In this document: positions 16,377 through 24,586 of the stretch, one piece after another
How the letters are laid out: every line of letters starts with the position of its first letter
Position numbering within the stretch: position 1 is the first letter of the stretch
Origin: an uncultured virus (IMG/VR IMGVR_UViG_2775507210_000003)
Lineage: Duplodnaviria; Heunggongvirae; Uroviricota; Caudoviricetes
IMG/VR virus record: IMGVR_UViG_2775507210_000003
DNA: 25,810 nt
Reading direction: 5' to 3' (one strand)
The notes under the pieces: generated by a model
The model's input: the letters and a program-made list of their open reading frames with translations, nothing else
Told to the model about the DNA's origin: nothing
Database searches by the model: none
Program-made: the position numbers and the translations under genes

Positions 16377-17743
16377 CGACGTGGCGCGATCAACTGCACC
16401 CGGCTTCGTTTCGCGGCGTGGCGTTTCTGGTCGACAGTGACGCTACGCCAGTCGGGCGGCGGGTGCAGGTCCACGAATACCCCCAGCGGGACAAGCCGCT
16501 GGTGGAGGACATGGGCAGCAAGACCCGCGAAATCAAACTGACGGCCTTTATCGGCGGTGACGATTGCCTGGATCGGCGGGACGATCTGCTCAATGCCCTG
16601 GATAAACCCGGGGCGGGCGAGCTGGTACATCCGTGGTTCGGGCGCTTGCTGGTCACCGCCGGGGATGGCTGCCAAGTTTCGCATGAGCGCCGCGAGGGCG
16701 GCATCGTGCGGTTTGAGCTGGTGTTTATCGAAGCCGGGGAAAAGGGCTACCCGGTCGGGGTGCCGAAGGCATCTCGGCAGGTAGAGGCGTCCAGCGAGAG
16801 CTTTCTGGAGTCCGCGCTGGCCCGCTACAAAGCTGCAATGGCGGTGGTCAATCGGGCACGCATGGCGGTCACGGCACTGCAGAACAGTATCGCCGGGATT
16901 CAGATGGCGATTCAGCGGGAGTTTAGCCAGGTGCTTGGCCTTGTCAGTTCGGCTGAGGCGCTGGCCGACATGCTGATCAATGCCCCGGGTAATTTCTCGG
17001 CCATGATCCGGGCGCAGTTTTCCAGCGTGGGTGGCAGCACTCGGTCGTCGGGTTACAGCTGGTCGCCGTCGTCCAGCAGCTCGGCCACGGTGGCGGCTGA
17101 CCCTGAATTTGCCAATACCGTGGCGCGCCTGGCGAGCACCGAAGAGGTCTTTTCGGGGTTCGTGGATTCAGGTCGTGGCATCACGTCACAGCTTGAGCTG
17201 GCCCGGCAGTTGATGGCCGAGCAGCAGTTCGATGACCTGATGACCAACCCGCCGGGTGGGCTGGCGACAGCCGCTGCCGTCAAGGCGGCACGGGAGTTGA
17301 TGCGTGATGCCTTGATCGTCAAGGCAGTGCGGGCAGCGGCACTGATGCCGGTGGTGTCGGCGCCTGCCGTACTGCCCGGTGTTCCAGCCTTGGTGCAGCA
17401 GGTGGCGTCACCCCTGGGGCGGCCAGAAGTACCGGCAGCAGATGACGTGATTAGCCTGCGTGATGGGCTTAGCGCGGCGCTGTGGGAGGCCGGGCTGTCG
17501 GCATCGCATGAACACTTTGAGCTGATCGAGGCGGTGCGAAAGCACGTTAAAGGGCATCTCTCCGAGGTGGCCCGCTCTGGCGTTCGCCTGGTTGAGATTG
17601 AGCCCAAGGAAAGCCTGCCCGCGTTGGTGCTGGCCTATCAGTGCTTTGGCGACGCATCCCGCGCCGCTGAAATCGTTACGCGTAACAAGGTGCCGCACCC
17701 GGGGTTTTTGCCTATCGGTGTGCTGCACATCGCCCAGGAGTAA
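16373..17743 (+). CDS. DNA circularisation / tail-DNA circulation protein (Mu gpN-like)
   Basis: WRDQLHPASFRGVAF, HEYPQRD, GELVHPWFG and RN...HPGFLP motifs. Confidence 0.93.
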   Translation: MTTWRDQLHPASFRGVAFLVDSDATPVGRRVQVHEYPQRDKPLVEDMGSKTREIKLTAFIGGDDCLDRRDDLLNALDKPGAGELVHPWFGRLLVTAGDGCQVSHERREGGIVRFELVFIEAGEKGYPVGVPKASRQVEASSESFLESALARYKAAMAVVNRARMAVTALQNSIAGIQMAIQREFSQVLGLVSSAEALADMLINAPGNFSAMIRAQFSSVGGSTRSSGYSWSPSSSSSATVAADPEFANTVARLASTEEVFSGFVDSGRGITSQLELARQLMAEQQFDDLMTNPPGGLATAAAVKAARELMRDALIVKAVRAAALMPVVSAPAVLPGVPALVQQVASPLGRPEVPAADDVISLRDGLSAALWEAGLSASHEHFELIEAVRKHVKGHLSEVARSGVRLVEIEPKESLPALVLAYQCFGDASRAAEIVTRNKVPHPGFLPIGVLHIAQE

Positions 17744-17746
17744 CCC

Positions 17747-18859
17747 ATGGACCCGTTAAACGCTGTCACGCTGCGCGTGAACGGCCTGGATTATCGCGGC
17801 TGGAAGAAAGCCAGCATCAGTGCCGGCATCGAGCGACAGACCCGAGATTTTTCGCTGGATGTGACGTGGCGCTGGCCGGATCAGGCCGAGGAAATCCCGG
17901 TAAGGCAGGGCGACTTCTGCGAGGTGTTGATAGGTGATGACCTGGTGCTGACTGGCTGGGTCTTCGCCACCCCGGTGAACTACGACAGCAAGACGGTGAA
18001 CCGGGCGATCAGCGGGCGTTCGCTGACGGCTGATCTGGTCGACTGCTCGGCGATCAATCAGCCCGGGCAGTGGCGCGGCCAGAGTGTGCAGCAGATCGTT
18101 CAGAGCCTGGCCGAGCCTTACGGGGTCAAGGTGCTGAGCCAGGTGGCCGAGACTACCAAATTGGCTGAGCACAGCATCGAGCCCGGGGAGACGGTGTTTG
18201 AGTCGATAGACCGGCTGCTAACGCTGTCGCGGCTGCTGTCCACCGATGACTCCCGGGGGCGCCTGGTGATCATCAACCCGGGCAGCGCGGGGCGGGCGGT
18301 TGACCGGCTGGAACTGGGCCAGAACATCCTGACCGGCTCGGCGTCGCTCGACTTTTCCGGGGTGTTCTCCGACTACAAGGTTGTTGGCCAGCGTTCGGGC
18401 ACGGATGACGAACACGGCGCCAAGGCCTCCGAGGTACAGGCTGAAGTCACGGACCCGCGTGCGGCGCGTAAGCGGGTGCTGATGATTCACGAAAGCGGCC
18501 AGATGACCCCCGGCCTTGCCGAGGCGCGGGCGAACTGGGAGCGCGGCAGCCGCATGGGTAAGGCGCTGACCCTGCAGTACAAGGTGCAGGGCTGGCGGCA
18601 GTCGAACGGGGCACTGTGGCTGCACAACATGATTGTGCGGGTGGTCGACCCTTGGGTCGGTATCGACCGCGACATGCTCATCAGTGAAATCCAGTACAGC
18701 CTGGATGAGAGCGGCACCGTGGCCAACATCACGGTGGCCCCGCCGGACAGCTTCGACCCTGAGCCGAAAGACCCGTACAACAGCCGCAAGCTCAAGAAAG
18801 GCGGCAAGGCGGACAACTTTGAATACTTGATCCCAGCAGATTGGAAGCCCGAGCAATGA
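17747..18859 (+). CDS. Baseplate hub protein (Mu gpP/gp44-like)
   Basis: YRGWK, SGRSLTADLVDCSA, EPGETVFE, LELGQNI and VQGWRQSNGALW motifs. Confidence 0.93.
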   Translation: MDPLNAVTLRVNGLDYRGWKKASISAGIERQTRDFSLDVTWRWPDQAEEIPVRQGDFCEVLIGDDLVLTGWVFATPVNYDSKTVNRAISGRSLTADLVDCSAINQPGQWRGQSVQQIVQSLAEPYGVKVLSQVAETTKLAEHSIEPGETVFESIDRLLTLSRLLSTDDSRGRLVIINPGSAGRAVDRLELGQNILTGSASLDFSGVFSDYKVVGQRSGTDDEHGAKASEVQAEVTDPRAARKRVLMIHESGQMTPGLAEARANWERGSRMGKALTLQYKVQGWRQSNGALWLHNMIVRVVDPWVGIDRDMLISEIQYSLDESGTVANITVAPPDSFDPEPKDPYNSRKLKKGGKADNFEYLIPADWKPEQ

Positions 18860-19347
18860 GCGGACTAAAACAGATTTTGGCCCGGGGCGTGGTCACGCTG
18901 GTCAAGGCCACGAGCAAGATGCAAAGCCTGCAGATGCGCCTGTTGGCCGGTGAAGTGAAAGACGGCATGGAGCACTTCGAGCCCTATGGCTTCACCTCAA
19001 ACGCGCACCCGGGCGCCGAGGGGATCGCGCTCTTTGTGGGGGGCGACCGTTCGCACGGCGTGGTGGTGTGTGTCGCTGATCGACAGTTTCGCCTGCAGGG
19101 GCTGAAAAGTGGCGAGGTGGCGTTGTACACCGACGAGGGCGACCGCCTGCACTTCAAGCGCGGGCGGGTGATCGAGGTCGAGACGCTGACGCTCAAGGTC
19201 AAGGCCGACACCGCTGTCGAGTTTGACACGCCGGTGATTCGCACCACGGGCCGTATCGAGTCTGCGGGCGATCAGGTGGCTGGTGGTGTGAGCCAGATGC
19301 AGCACGTTCATGAAGGCTCGGACAAAAAGCCAGTGGCAGGAGGGTGA
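18856..19347 (+). CDS. Baseplate spike protein V (Mu gp45-like)
   Basis: EHFEPYGFTS, GGDRSHGVV, LKSGEVALY; C-terminal HxH (QHVH) metal site; ATGA overlap. Confidence 0.93.
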   Translation: MSGLKQILARGVVTLVKATSKMQSLQMRLLAGEVKDGMEHFEPYGFTSNAHPGAEGIALFVGGDRSHGVVVCVADRQFRLQGLKSGEVALYTDEGDRLHFKRGRVIEVETLTLKVKADTAVEFDTPVIRTTGRIESAGDQVAGGVSQMQHVHEGSDKKPVAGG

Positions 19348-19348
19348 T

Positions 19349-19750
19349 ATGCCGCTGATTGAAAGCGACGACACCGACCGGGCTTGGCGTCGGGCAACAG
19401 AGATCAGTCTTTTGACCTGGCGCCGTGCAAGCCCTGATGACCCGCTCGATGACGCCCAGCGCTTTGGCTGGTGGGGCGACAGTTTCCCCACGCAGGCCAA
19501 CGACCGCATTGGCTCACGCCTGTGGCTGTTGCGCCGGCGGACGCTGACGGCGGACACCGAGCGGGATGCTCAAGCCTTCGCCCGCGAGGCCTTGGCCTGG
19601 ATGCTGGAAGACGGGCGCGTTACGGCCGTGGGCGTAACGACGACACGCGGTGTTGACCGGCTGGCAATGCGGGTGGTGTTGACCTTGCGCGATGGCCGAA
19701 CCATCGACGTTCCATTTGAGAATTTATGGGTGGTGATCAATGCCGTTTGA
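19349..19750 (+). CDS. Baseplate protein (Mu gp46-like)
   Basis: ISLLTWRRA, GWWGD, IGSRLWLLRR and EALAWMLEDG motifs; GGAGG site. Confidence 0.92.
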   Translation: MPLIESDDTDRAWRRATEISLLTWRRASPDDPLDDAQRFGWWGDSFPTQANDRIGSRLWLLRRRTLTADTERDAQAFAREALAWMLEDGRVTAVGVTTTRGVDRLAMRVVLTLRDGRTIDVPFENLWVVINAV

Positions 19751-20777
19751 AACCCCAAGTTTGCCCGCGCTGATCAGCCGGGCGCAGTCTGACCTGGGCG
19801 GCTCGGCCCTGCTGCGATCCGACGCCGAGGTGCTGGCTCGGGTGCAGGCGGCGGCTTCCTTCGGGCGCTACGGGCATCAGGAATACATCGCCGCGCAGAT
19901 CCTGCCGGACACAGCGGATGAAGACACCTTGCGCCGAATGGCCCGGGTGCGGCTCAAGCGTGACCGCTTGGAGGCGGTGGTTTCCAGTGGTGCTGCGACC
20001 TTTACCGGTGCAGCCTCGGCGCTGCTCGATGCAGGCGTGCTGCTGCAGCGTGATGACGGTGTGCGCTTTCGGGTGACGGCCAGCGTTGTCTTGGCCGGTC
20101 AGAGCGGTACGGTCAAGCTGGAAGCCTTGGAGGCCGGGCAGTTGGGTAATACCCCAGCCGGTACGGTCCTGCGCTTGATCTCCCCGGTGCTGGGCATCAA
20201 TGACACGGTGACTGTCGATGCGCCTGGCCTGCAGGGCGGTACCGAACAAGAGAGCATTGAGGGGCTGCGCGCCCGGGTGATTCGCTCGTATCAGGTGATC
20301 CCCCACGGCGGCAACCAAGATGACTATGTGACCTGGGCGTTGGAAGTCCCGGGCGTCACCCGTGCCTGGCTTGTGCGGCACTGGATGGGGCCGGGCACGG
20401 TTGGTGTGTTCTTCGTCCGTGATGGTGATCTAGACCCCATCCCCAGCGCCGCAGCCTGCGAAGAGGTGCGGGCATACATCGAGAGACAGCGCCCGGTCAC
20501 GGCTGAACTGTACGTACTGCCGCCCCTGGAAAAGCCGGTTCAGTACGAACTGAAGATTATCCCCGACAGCGGCGCAGTACGCCGGGCAGTGGAGGCTGCC
20601 CTGGTCGATCTGCACAACCGCGAGTCGGACCTTGGCGCCGGTCTGCTTTGGACGCACATCGGCGAGGCCCTCAGTGGTGCGCTAGGTGAGCGTGATCATC
20701 AGCTGATCAGCCCGGCTGCCGACGTGGTAGCGGCGCGCAACGAGATGCTGACCTATGGGGGTGTGCTGTGGCGATAA
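19740..20777 (+). CDS. Baseplate wedge protein J (Mu gp47-like)
   Basis: MPFETPSL, QILPDTAD, GGTEQES, PHGGNQDDYVTWALEVPGVTRAW and GPGTV motifs. Confidence 0.95.
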   Translation: MPFETPSLPALISRAQSDLGGSALLRSDAEVLARVQAAASFGRYGHQEYIAAQILPDTADEDTLRRMARVRLKRDRLEAVVSSGAATFTGAASALLDAGVLLQRDDGVRFRVTASVVLAGQSGTVKLEALEAGQLGNTPAGTVLRLISPVLGINDTVTVDAPGLQGGTEQESIEGLRARVIRSYQVIPHGGNQDDYVTWALEVPGVTRAWLVRHWMGPGTVGVFFVRDGDLDPIPSAAACEEVRAYIERQRPVTAELYVLPPLEKPVQYELKIIPDSGAVRRAVEAALVDLHNRESDLGAGLLWTHIGEALSGALGERDHQLISPAADVVAARNEMLTYGGVLWR

Positions 20778-21370
20778 GGACCGCCTCCGACTACTACGCG
20801 CAGTTACGGGCGTTGCTGCCGCCCGGTCCCGCGTGGGACAAAGAACTGAACCCCGAAGTGGACAAACTGCTGCAGGCCGCCGCCCAGGAGCTGGCCCGGG
20901 AGGATCTGCGCGCCGCCGACCTGCTGGAGGAAAGTTTTCCCGAAACCGTTCGGGAGCTGATCCCCGACTGGGAGCGGGTCATGCAGTTGCCTGATCCCTG
21001 TTTGGGGGATTCGCCCAAGTTTGAGGATCGTCAGCTGGCGGTGCGCCGCCGTCTGGTCGAGGTCGGTGGCCAGTCACCGGCGTACTTCGTTGAGCTGGCC
21101 ATCAGTCATGGCTACCCCGAGGCCCGCGTAATTGAGCACCGAGCCCCACGTTTCGGGCGCTCACGCTTCGGTACGGCGCACTTCGGTACGTGGGTCGCGC
21201 AGTTCATGTGGACGCTTGAAACCGGGCCTCGGCGCCGCCTTGGTCGCCGGTTCGGCGTGAGCTACTTCGGCGAGCAATTCGGCGGCAATCCAAGCGGCGC
21301 CCTGGAGTGTGTGCTGCGCCGTAGTGCGCCGGCGCATGCAGTTGAATTTATTAAGTATGGTGAGGACTGA
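20768..21370 (+). CDS. Baseplate protein YmfQ / DUF2313 (Mu gp48-like)
   Basis: ALLPPGPAW, LIPDWERVMQLPD, GGQSPAYF and LEC...APAH motifs. Confidence 0.92.
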   Translation: MAIRTASDYYAQLRALLPPGPAWDKELNPEVDKLLQAAAQELAREDLRAADLLEESFPETVRELIPDWERVMQLPDPCLGDSPKFEDRQLAVRRRLVEVGGQSPAYFVELAISHGYPEARVIEHRAPRFGRSRFGTAHFGTWVAQFMWTLETGPRRRLGRRFGVSYFGEQFGGNPSGALECVLRRSAPAHAVEFIKYGED

Positions 21371-22963
21371 ATGGATTATCCAAAGAGCGTGCCCAATGTC
21401 GGCCTGGTGGATGGCCAGTTTGCCGACGAAAACCCCGCAACCGGTCAGGTGGGTTCCCTGATCCCTTCTGCCTGGGGTAACGCGGTCACCCAGGAGCTGC
21501 TGAACGTGATCAAGGCGGCAGGTTTTGCGCCTGCCGAAGGTCAGACCAACCAGTTGCTCAAGGCCATTCAGGGGCTGGTGTCTCAGGGCATTAAAAACTC
21601 TGTCCGGGTTGCAACCACGGGCGCCATTGCACTGAGTGGCATCCAGACAATCGACGCCATTGTGCTGGTGGCCGGTGACCGGGTTCTGGTGAAGAATCAG
21701 GCCAGCGGTGCACAGAATGGTATCTACGTCGTGGCTACTGGAGCATGGGTGCGTGCGCCCGATGCTGACGAAAGCGTCGAGGTGAAGCCGGGCATGCTGG
21801 TCGGTGTGGATGCCGGGACGGTCAACGGTGGCTCTGTCTGGCGGCTGTCCAATGCTACGCCGCCAACGCTGGGGACCACGGCACTGACCTTTGAGCAGGT
21901 CTTTGGCAAGACCGGGGTAGTTGCGGGTAGTTATAAAAGTGTCACGGTGGGTACTGATGGTCGTGTTACGGGAGGCACTAACCCGACTACCTTGGCCGGC
22001 TTTGGCATCACCGACGCCTTTACCAAGGCTGAAAGTAATGCGGCCATGCAGGCGGCAATTGATGCCTTGGTGGGCTCTGCTCCAGATGCATTAAATGCTC
22101 TCAATGAGTTGGCAGCGGCCCTGAACAACGACCCTCAATTTGCTACCAATGTGCTAAATCTGCTGGCGGGCAAAGCGGACAAGGGGAACACTCTCGCGGC
22201 CTATGGCATCACGGATGGAGTCAAGTCGGCAACGAGTGCCGGTGCGCTTGCGAAGTTCAACGCCATCGTACCAAGCAATTTCTATTTTGGTGCTGGAAGC
22301 GCTTCAGCGGGCGCCACCCCGGGCGCACCTCCGGGCAGCTCAAATGGTGCATTAGGCATTATTGCGATTACCCCGCGCGCTGACTTCACCTACTACCTAG
22401 TGTTTGAGTACAGCACGACAAAGGCTGTTAGCAATGTTTGGATCGGTCGCTACGCCAGCACGGGTGAGCTGTTCTGGCTGTCGCTTTTAACTGGTGAGTT
22501 TGCCACTCAGAGCGATGCTGAGACGGGTACTGACGAAACCAAGCCAATGAACGCTAAGAGGGTGTGGCAGGCCATCACCAAGCGAATCGCCAGCCTGACG
22601 CAGGTCAACGACGGTGCAAACGACACCACGATGGTCACTCCAAAAAAGCTGAAAACTGGAGTTGCTTACTCGTTTGGGTCTTCCGGGTACATCGGTCTAC
22701 CGTCCTGGCTTGGCGGATTCATGGTGCAGTGGGGCCGAGTGAGTGGGGCTGCTGGGTCGGTCGTTCAAGCGTTTCCCACGTCGTTCTCCAGTAACTGCTA
22801 CGGGGTGATGGGTTGCCCTATCTTGGGCAGCCTGAACCGTGTGGAAAGCCTAAACGTCAGTGCGTTGGCTGCCATGAACTTTACCTGCAGCCGTTCTTAC
22901 TCTGCCGGTGGTACAGCAGCAGGCTCGGCTACCGAGCACTTTTACTTGGCATGGGGGGTATGA
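21371..22963 (+). CDS. Tail fibre protein
   Basis: MDYPKSVP...GSLIPSAWGNAVTQELLNVI anchor; PTTLAGFGITDA-type repeats; LVGSAP..LNELAAALNNDPQF; C-terminal GYIGLP..GGFMVQWG domain. Confidence 0.93.
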   Translation: MDYPKSVPNVGLVDGQFADENPATGQVGSLIPSAWGNAVTQELLNVIKAAGFAPAEGQTNQLLKAIQGLVSQGIKNSVRVATTGAIALSGIQTIDAIVLVAGDRVLVKNQASGAQNGIYVVATGAWVRAPDADESVEVKPGMLVGVDAGTVNGGSVWRLSNATPPTLGTTALTFEQVFGKTGVVAGSYKSVTVGTDGRVTGGTNPTTLAGFGITDAFTKAESNAAMQAAIDALVGSAPDALNALNELAAALNNDPQFATNVLNLLAGKADKGNTLAAYGITDGVKSATSAGALAKFNAIVPSNFYFGAGSASAGATPGAPPGSSNGALGIIAITPRADFTYYLVFEYSTTKAVSNVWIGRYASTGELFWLSLLTGEFATQSDAETGTDETKPMNAKRVWQAITKRIASLTQVNDGANDTTMVTPKKLKTGVAYSFGSSGYIGLPSWLGGFMVQWGRVSGAAGSVVQAFPTSFSSNCYGVMGCPILGSLNRVESLNVSALAAMNFTCSRSYSAGGTAAGSATEHFYLAWGV

Positions 22964-22964
22964 C

Positions 22965-23399
22965 ATGAAGTACGCCGTTTTTGATCCTGTTACTTCGGTT
23001 CTGATTGGTCGGTTCGACAGCCGGCGCTGTGACGTGCCTGAGGGCGCCATTGAAATCAGCGAAGAGACGTTCCTGCGCTCGATCAATGAGCGTGATGGCC
23101 AGTGGGTTCGCAACAGCGATGGGGGCGTGATTAAAATCCCATTCCCAGCTCGCACGGCGGAGCAACTGGCTGATGACGAACGCGCCTGGCGAAATGCTGA
23201 AATAAATGCCACGCAGTGGCTTTCCGCTCGGCACCGCGACCAACAGGAAATAGGGGCTGACACCACACTGACGTCTGATCAGTTCCAAGAGCTCTTGGTC
23301 TACATGCAGGCGCTCCGCGACTGGCCCCAGTCGGAGCAGTTCCCCGTGATCGAGCACCGACCCGTTGCACCGCCCTGGATCGCCGAACAACACCAATAG
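22965..23399 (+). CDS. Tail fibre assembly chaperone
   Basis: ERAWRNAEI, WLSARHRDQQE, YMQALRDWPQS..FP....RP.APPW motifs. Confidence 0.9.
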   Translation: MKYAVFDPVTSVLIGRFDSRRCDVPEGAIEISEETFLRSINERDGQWVRNSDGGVIKIPFPARTAEQLADDERAWRNAEINATQWLSARHRDQQEIGADTTLTSDQFQELLVYMQALRDWPQSEQFPVIEHRPVAPPWIAEQHQ

Positions 23400-23425
23400 A
23401 GCCCCGCACTGACGGGGCTTTTTTT
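23400..23425 (+). terminator. Intrinsic terminator before the endolysin
   Basis: AGCCCCG-cactga-CGGGGCT followed by TTTTTT. Confidence 0.85.
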
Positions 23426-23439
23426 CGCCTGGAGAAACC

Positions 23440-23934
23440 ATGGCCAAGATTTCTGACTCCCTGGCTGGCAGCAAGAATGCGCTCGCCTTCCTCGACATGC
23501 TGGCGTGGTCGGAGGGTACCTCGACCAGCAAATACACCCGCAACGATGGCTATGACGTGATTGTCGGCGGCCTCAACAGCCCGAACACGTTCACCAGCTA
23601 TGCCGGCCATCCTGGCGTTCTAGTGACCGTGAACACGAAAGGGCTGAAGTCGACCGCTGCAGGGCGATATCAGCAGCTCCAGCGCTACTGGCCGCACTAC
23701 CGTGATTTGCTAAAGCTGCCGGACTTCGGGCCCGTCAGCCAAGACAAGCTGGCCTTGCAGCTGATCAAGGAGCGCGGCGCGCTGGCGGACGTACATGCCG
23801 GCCGCATTGAGGTCGCGATTTCAAAGTGCCGGAACATTTGGGCCAGCTTGCCAGGAGCGGGCTACGGGCAACATGAGCGCAAGCTGGACGACCTGATCGC
23901 CCACTACATTGCTGCTGGCGGGAGGCTGGCATGA
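23440..23934 (+). CDS. Endolysin, lambda R-like lytic transglycosylase (GH104)
   Basis: AFLDMLAWSEGT catalytic Glu, STAAGRYQ, LPDFGP.SQD and WASLPGAGYGQHE motifs. Confidence 0.96.
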   Translation: MAKISDSLAGSKNALAFLDMLAWSEGTSTSKYTRNDGYDVIVGGLNSPNTFTSYAGHPGVLVTVNTKGLKSTAAGRYQQLQRYWPHYRDLLKLPDFGPVSQDKLALQLIKERGALADVHAGRIEVAISKCRNIWASLPGAGYGQHERKLDDLIAHYIAAGGRLA

Positions 23935-24461
23935 CCTGGTCAAGAGCACTTGGCGCGCTGGCAGTGCTGGCGCTGATTGGCCTGGCCTTCTGGTCGACCT
24001 ACCAGCACGGCCGCTCAACCATGGATGCCGAGTGGCGGGCGACGAGTGCCGAACAGGCTGAAGCCTTCCAGCGAGAACGCAACCAGGCCTCTGTGGCCGT
24101 TCTCGACTGGCAGGAAGACGAGCAGGAACAGCGCCGAGCGCTTGAAGACCGCCTGCAGGCAAATGACGAAACCCACTACAAGGAACTGCTCGATGCGCAA
24201 CAACTTCAGGATCGCTTGCGTGACCGCCTTGCTACTGCTGATTTGCGGCTGTCAGTCTTACTCGCCGGCCCCACCACCGCCACGAGTGGTAGCGGTGGGG
24301 TGCGAGAAGCCTCCGGCTCCAGCAGCATGGTTCATGGAGGCGCGCGAGCCGAACTTGACCCAGCGCATGCTCAACGAATTCTCGCCATTACCGGCGACGG
24401 TGACGAAGGACTAATAGCCCTGCAGGCCTGTCAGGCCTATGTGCACGAGATCGTGCATTGA
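23931..24461 (+). CDS. Rz: i-spanin
   Basis: N-terminal transmembrane segment, coiled coil, LRLSV, AELDPAHAQRI and ALQACQAYV motifs. Confidence 0.92.
   Translation: MTWSRALGALAVLALIGLAFWSTYQHGRSTMDAEWRATSAEQAEAFQRERNQASVAVLDWQEDEQEQRRALEDRLQANDETHYKELLDAQQLQDRLRDRLATADLRLSVLLAGPTTATSGSGGVREASGSSSMVHGGARAELDPAHAQRILAITGDGDEGLIALQACQAYVHEIVH
24193..24414 (+). CDS. Rz1: o-spanin lipoprotein embedded in Rz (+1 frame, 73 aa)
   Basis: MRNNFRIACVTALLLLICGC lipobox-like signal; Pro-rich body; CEKPPAPAAWFM motif; AAGGA site. Confidence 0.85.
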   Translation: MRNNFRIACVTALLLLICGCQSYSPAPPPPRVVAVGCEKPPAPAAWFMEAREPNLTQRMLNEFSPLPATVTKD

Positions 24462-24586
24462 AATGAAAGGAGCGAGCCGATCACTGAGAGATTGCGGCTG
24501 TCTGGGTGATATCGCCGTGCTACTATCGTCGGCTTTTTATTACCCAGTCGGTATCTTTCGTGATGCTCCCTATTGTTCGAGTTTCC

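Larger units (their letters stand above)
1..24461 (+). mobile_element. Prophage late region (HK97-type head, Mu/SfV-type contractile tail, lysis genes); extends beyond the left edge, right boundary not visible
   Basis: Continuous, co-directional, often overlapping head-neck-tail-fibre-lysis gene order with no obvious frameshifts or premature stops. Confidence 0.97.

Noticed and set aside
11121..23399. R-type tailocin or extracellular contractile injection system
   Set aside because: Complete terminase, portal, protease and capsid genes are present, so this is a phage.
21371..23399. Diversity-generating retroelement or invertible tail fibre cassette
   Set aside because: No reverse transcriptase, invertase or template/variable repeat pair was seen.
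24506..24586. GTG 24506 start for the ubiquitin fusion, as in the ORF track
   Set aside because: It lies within the hairpin and adds an implausible extension before a complete signal peptide; ATG 24587 or 24563 is preferred.
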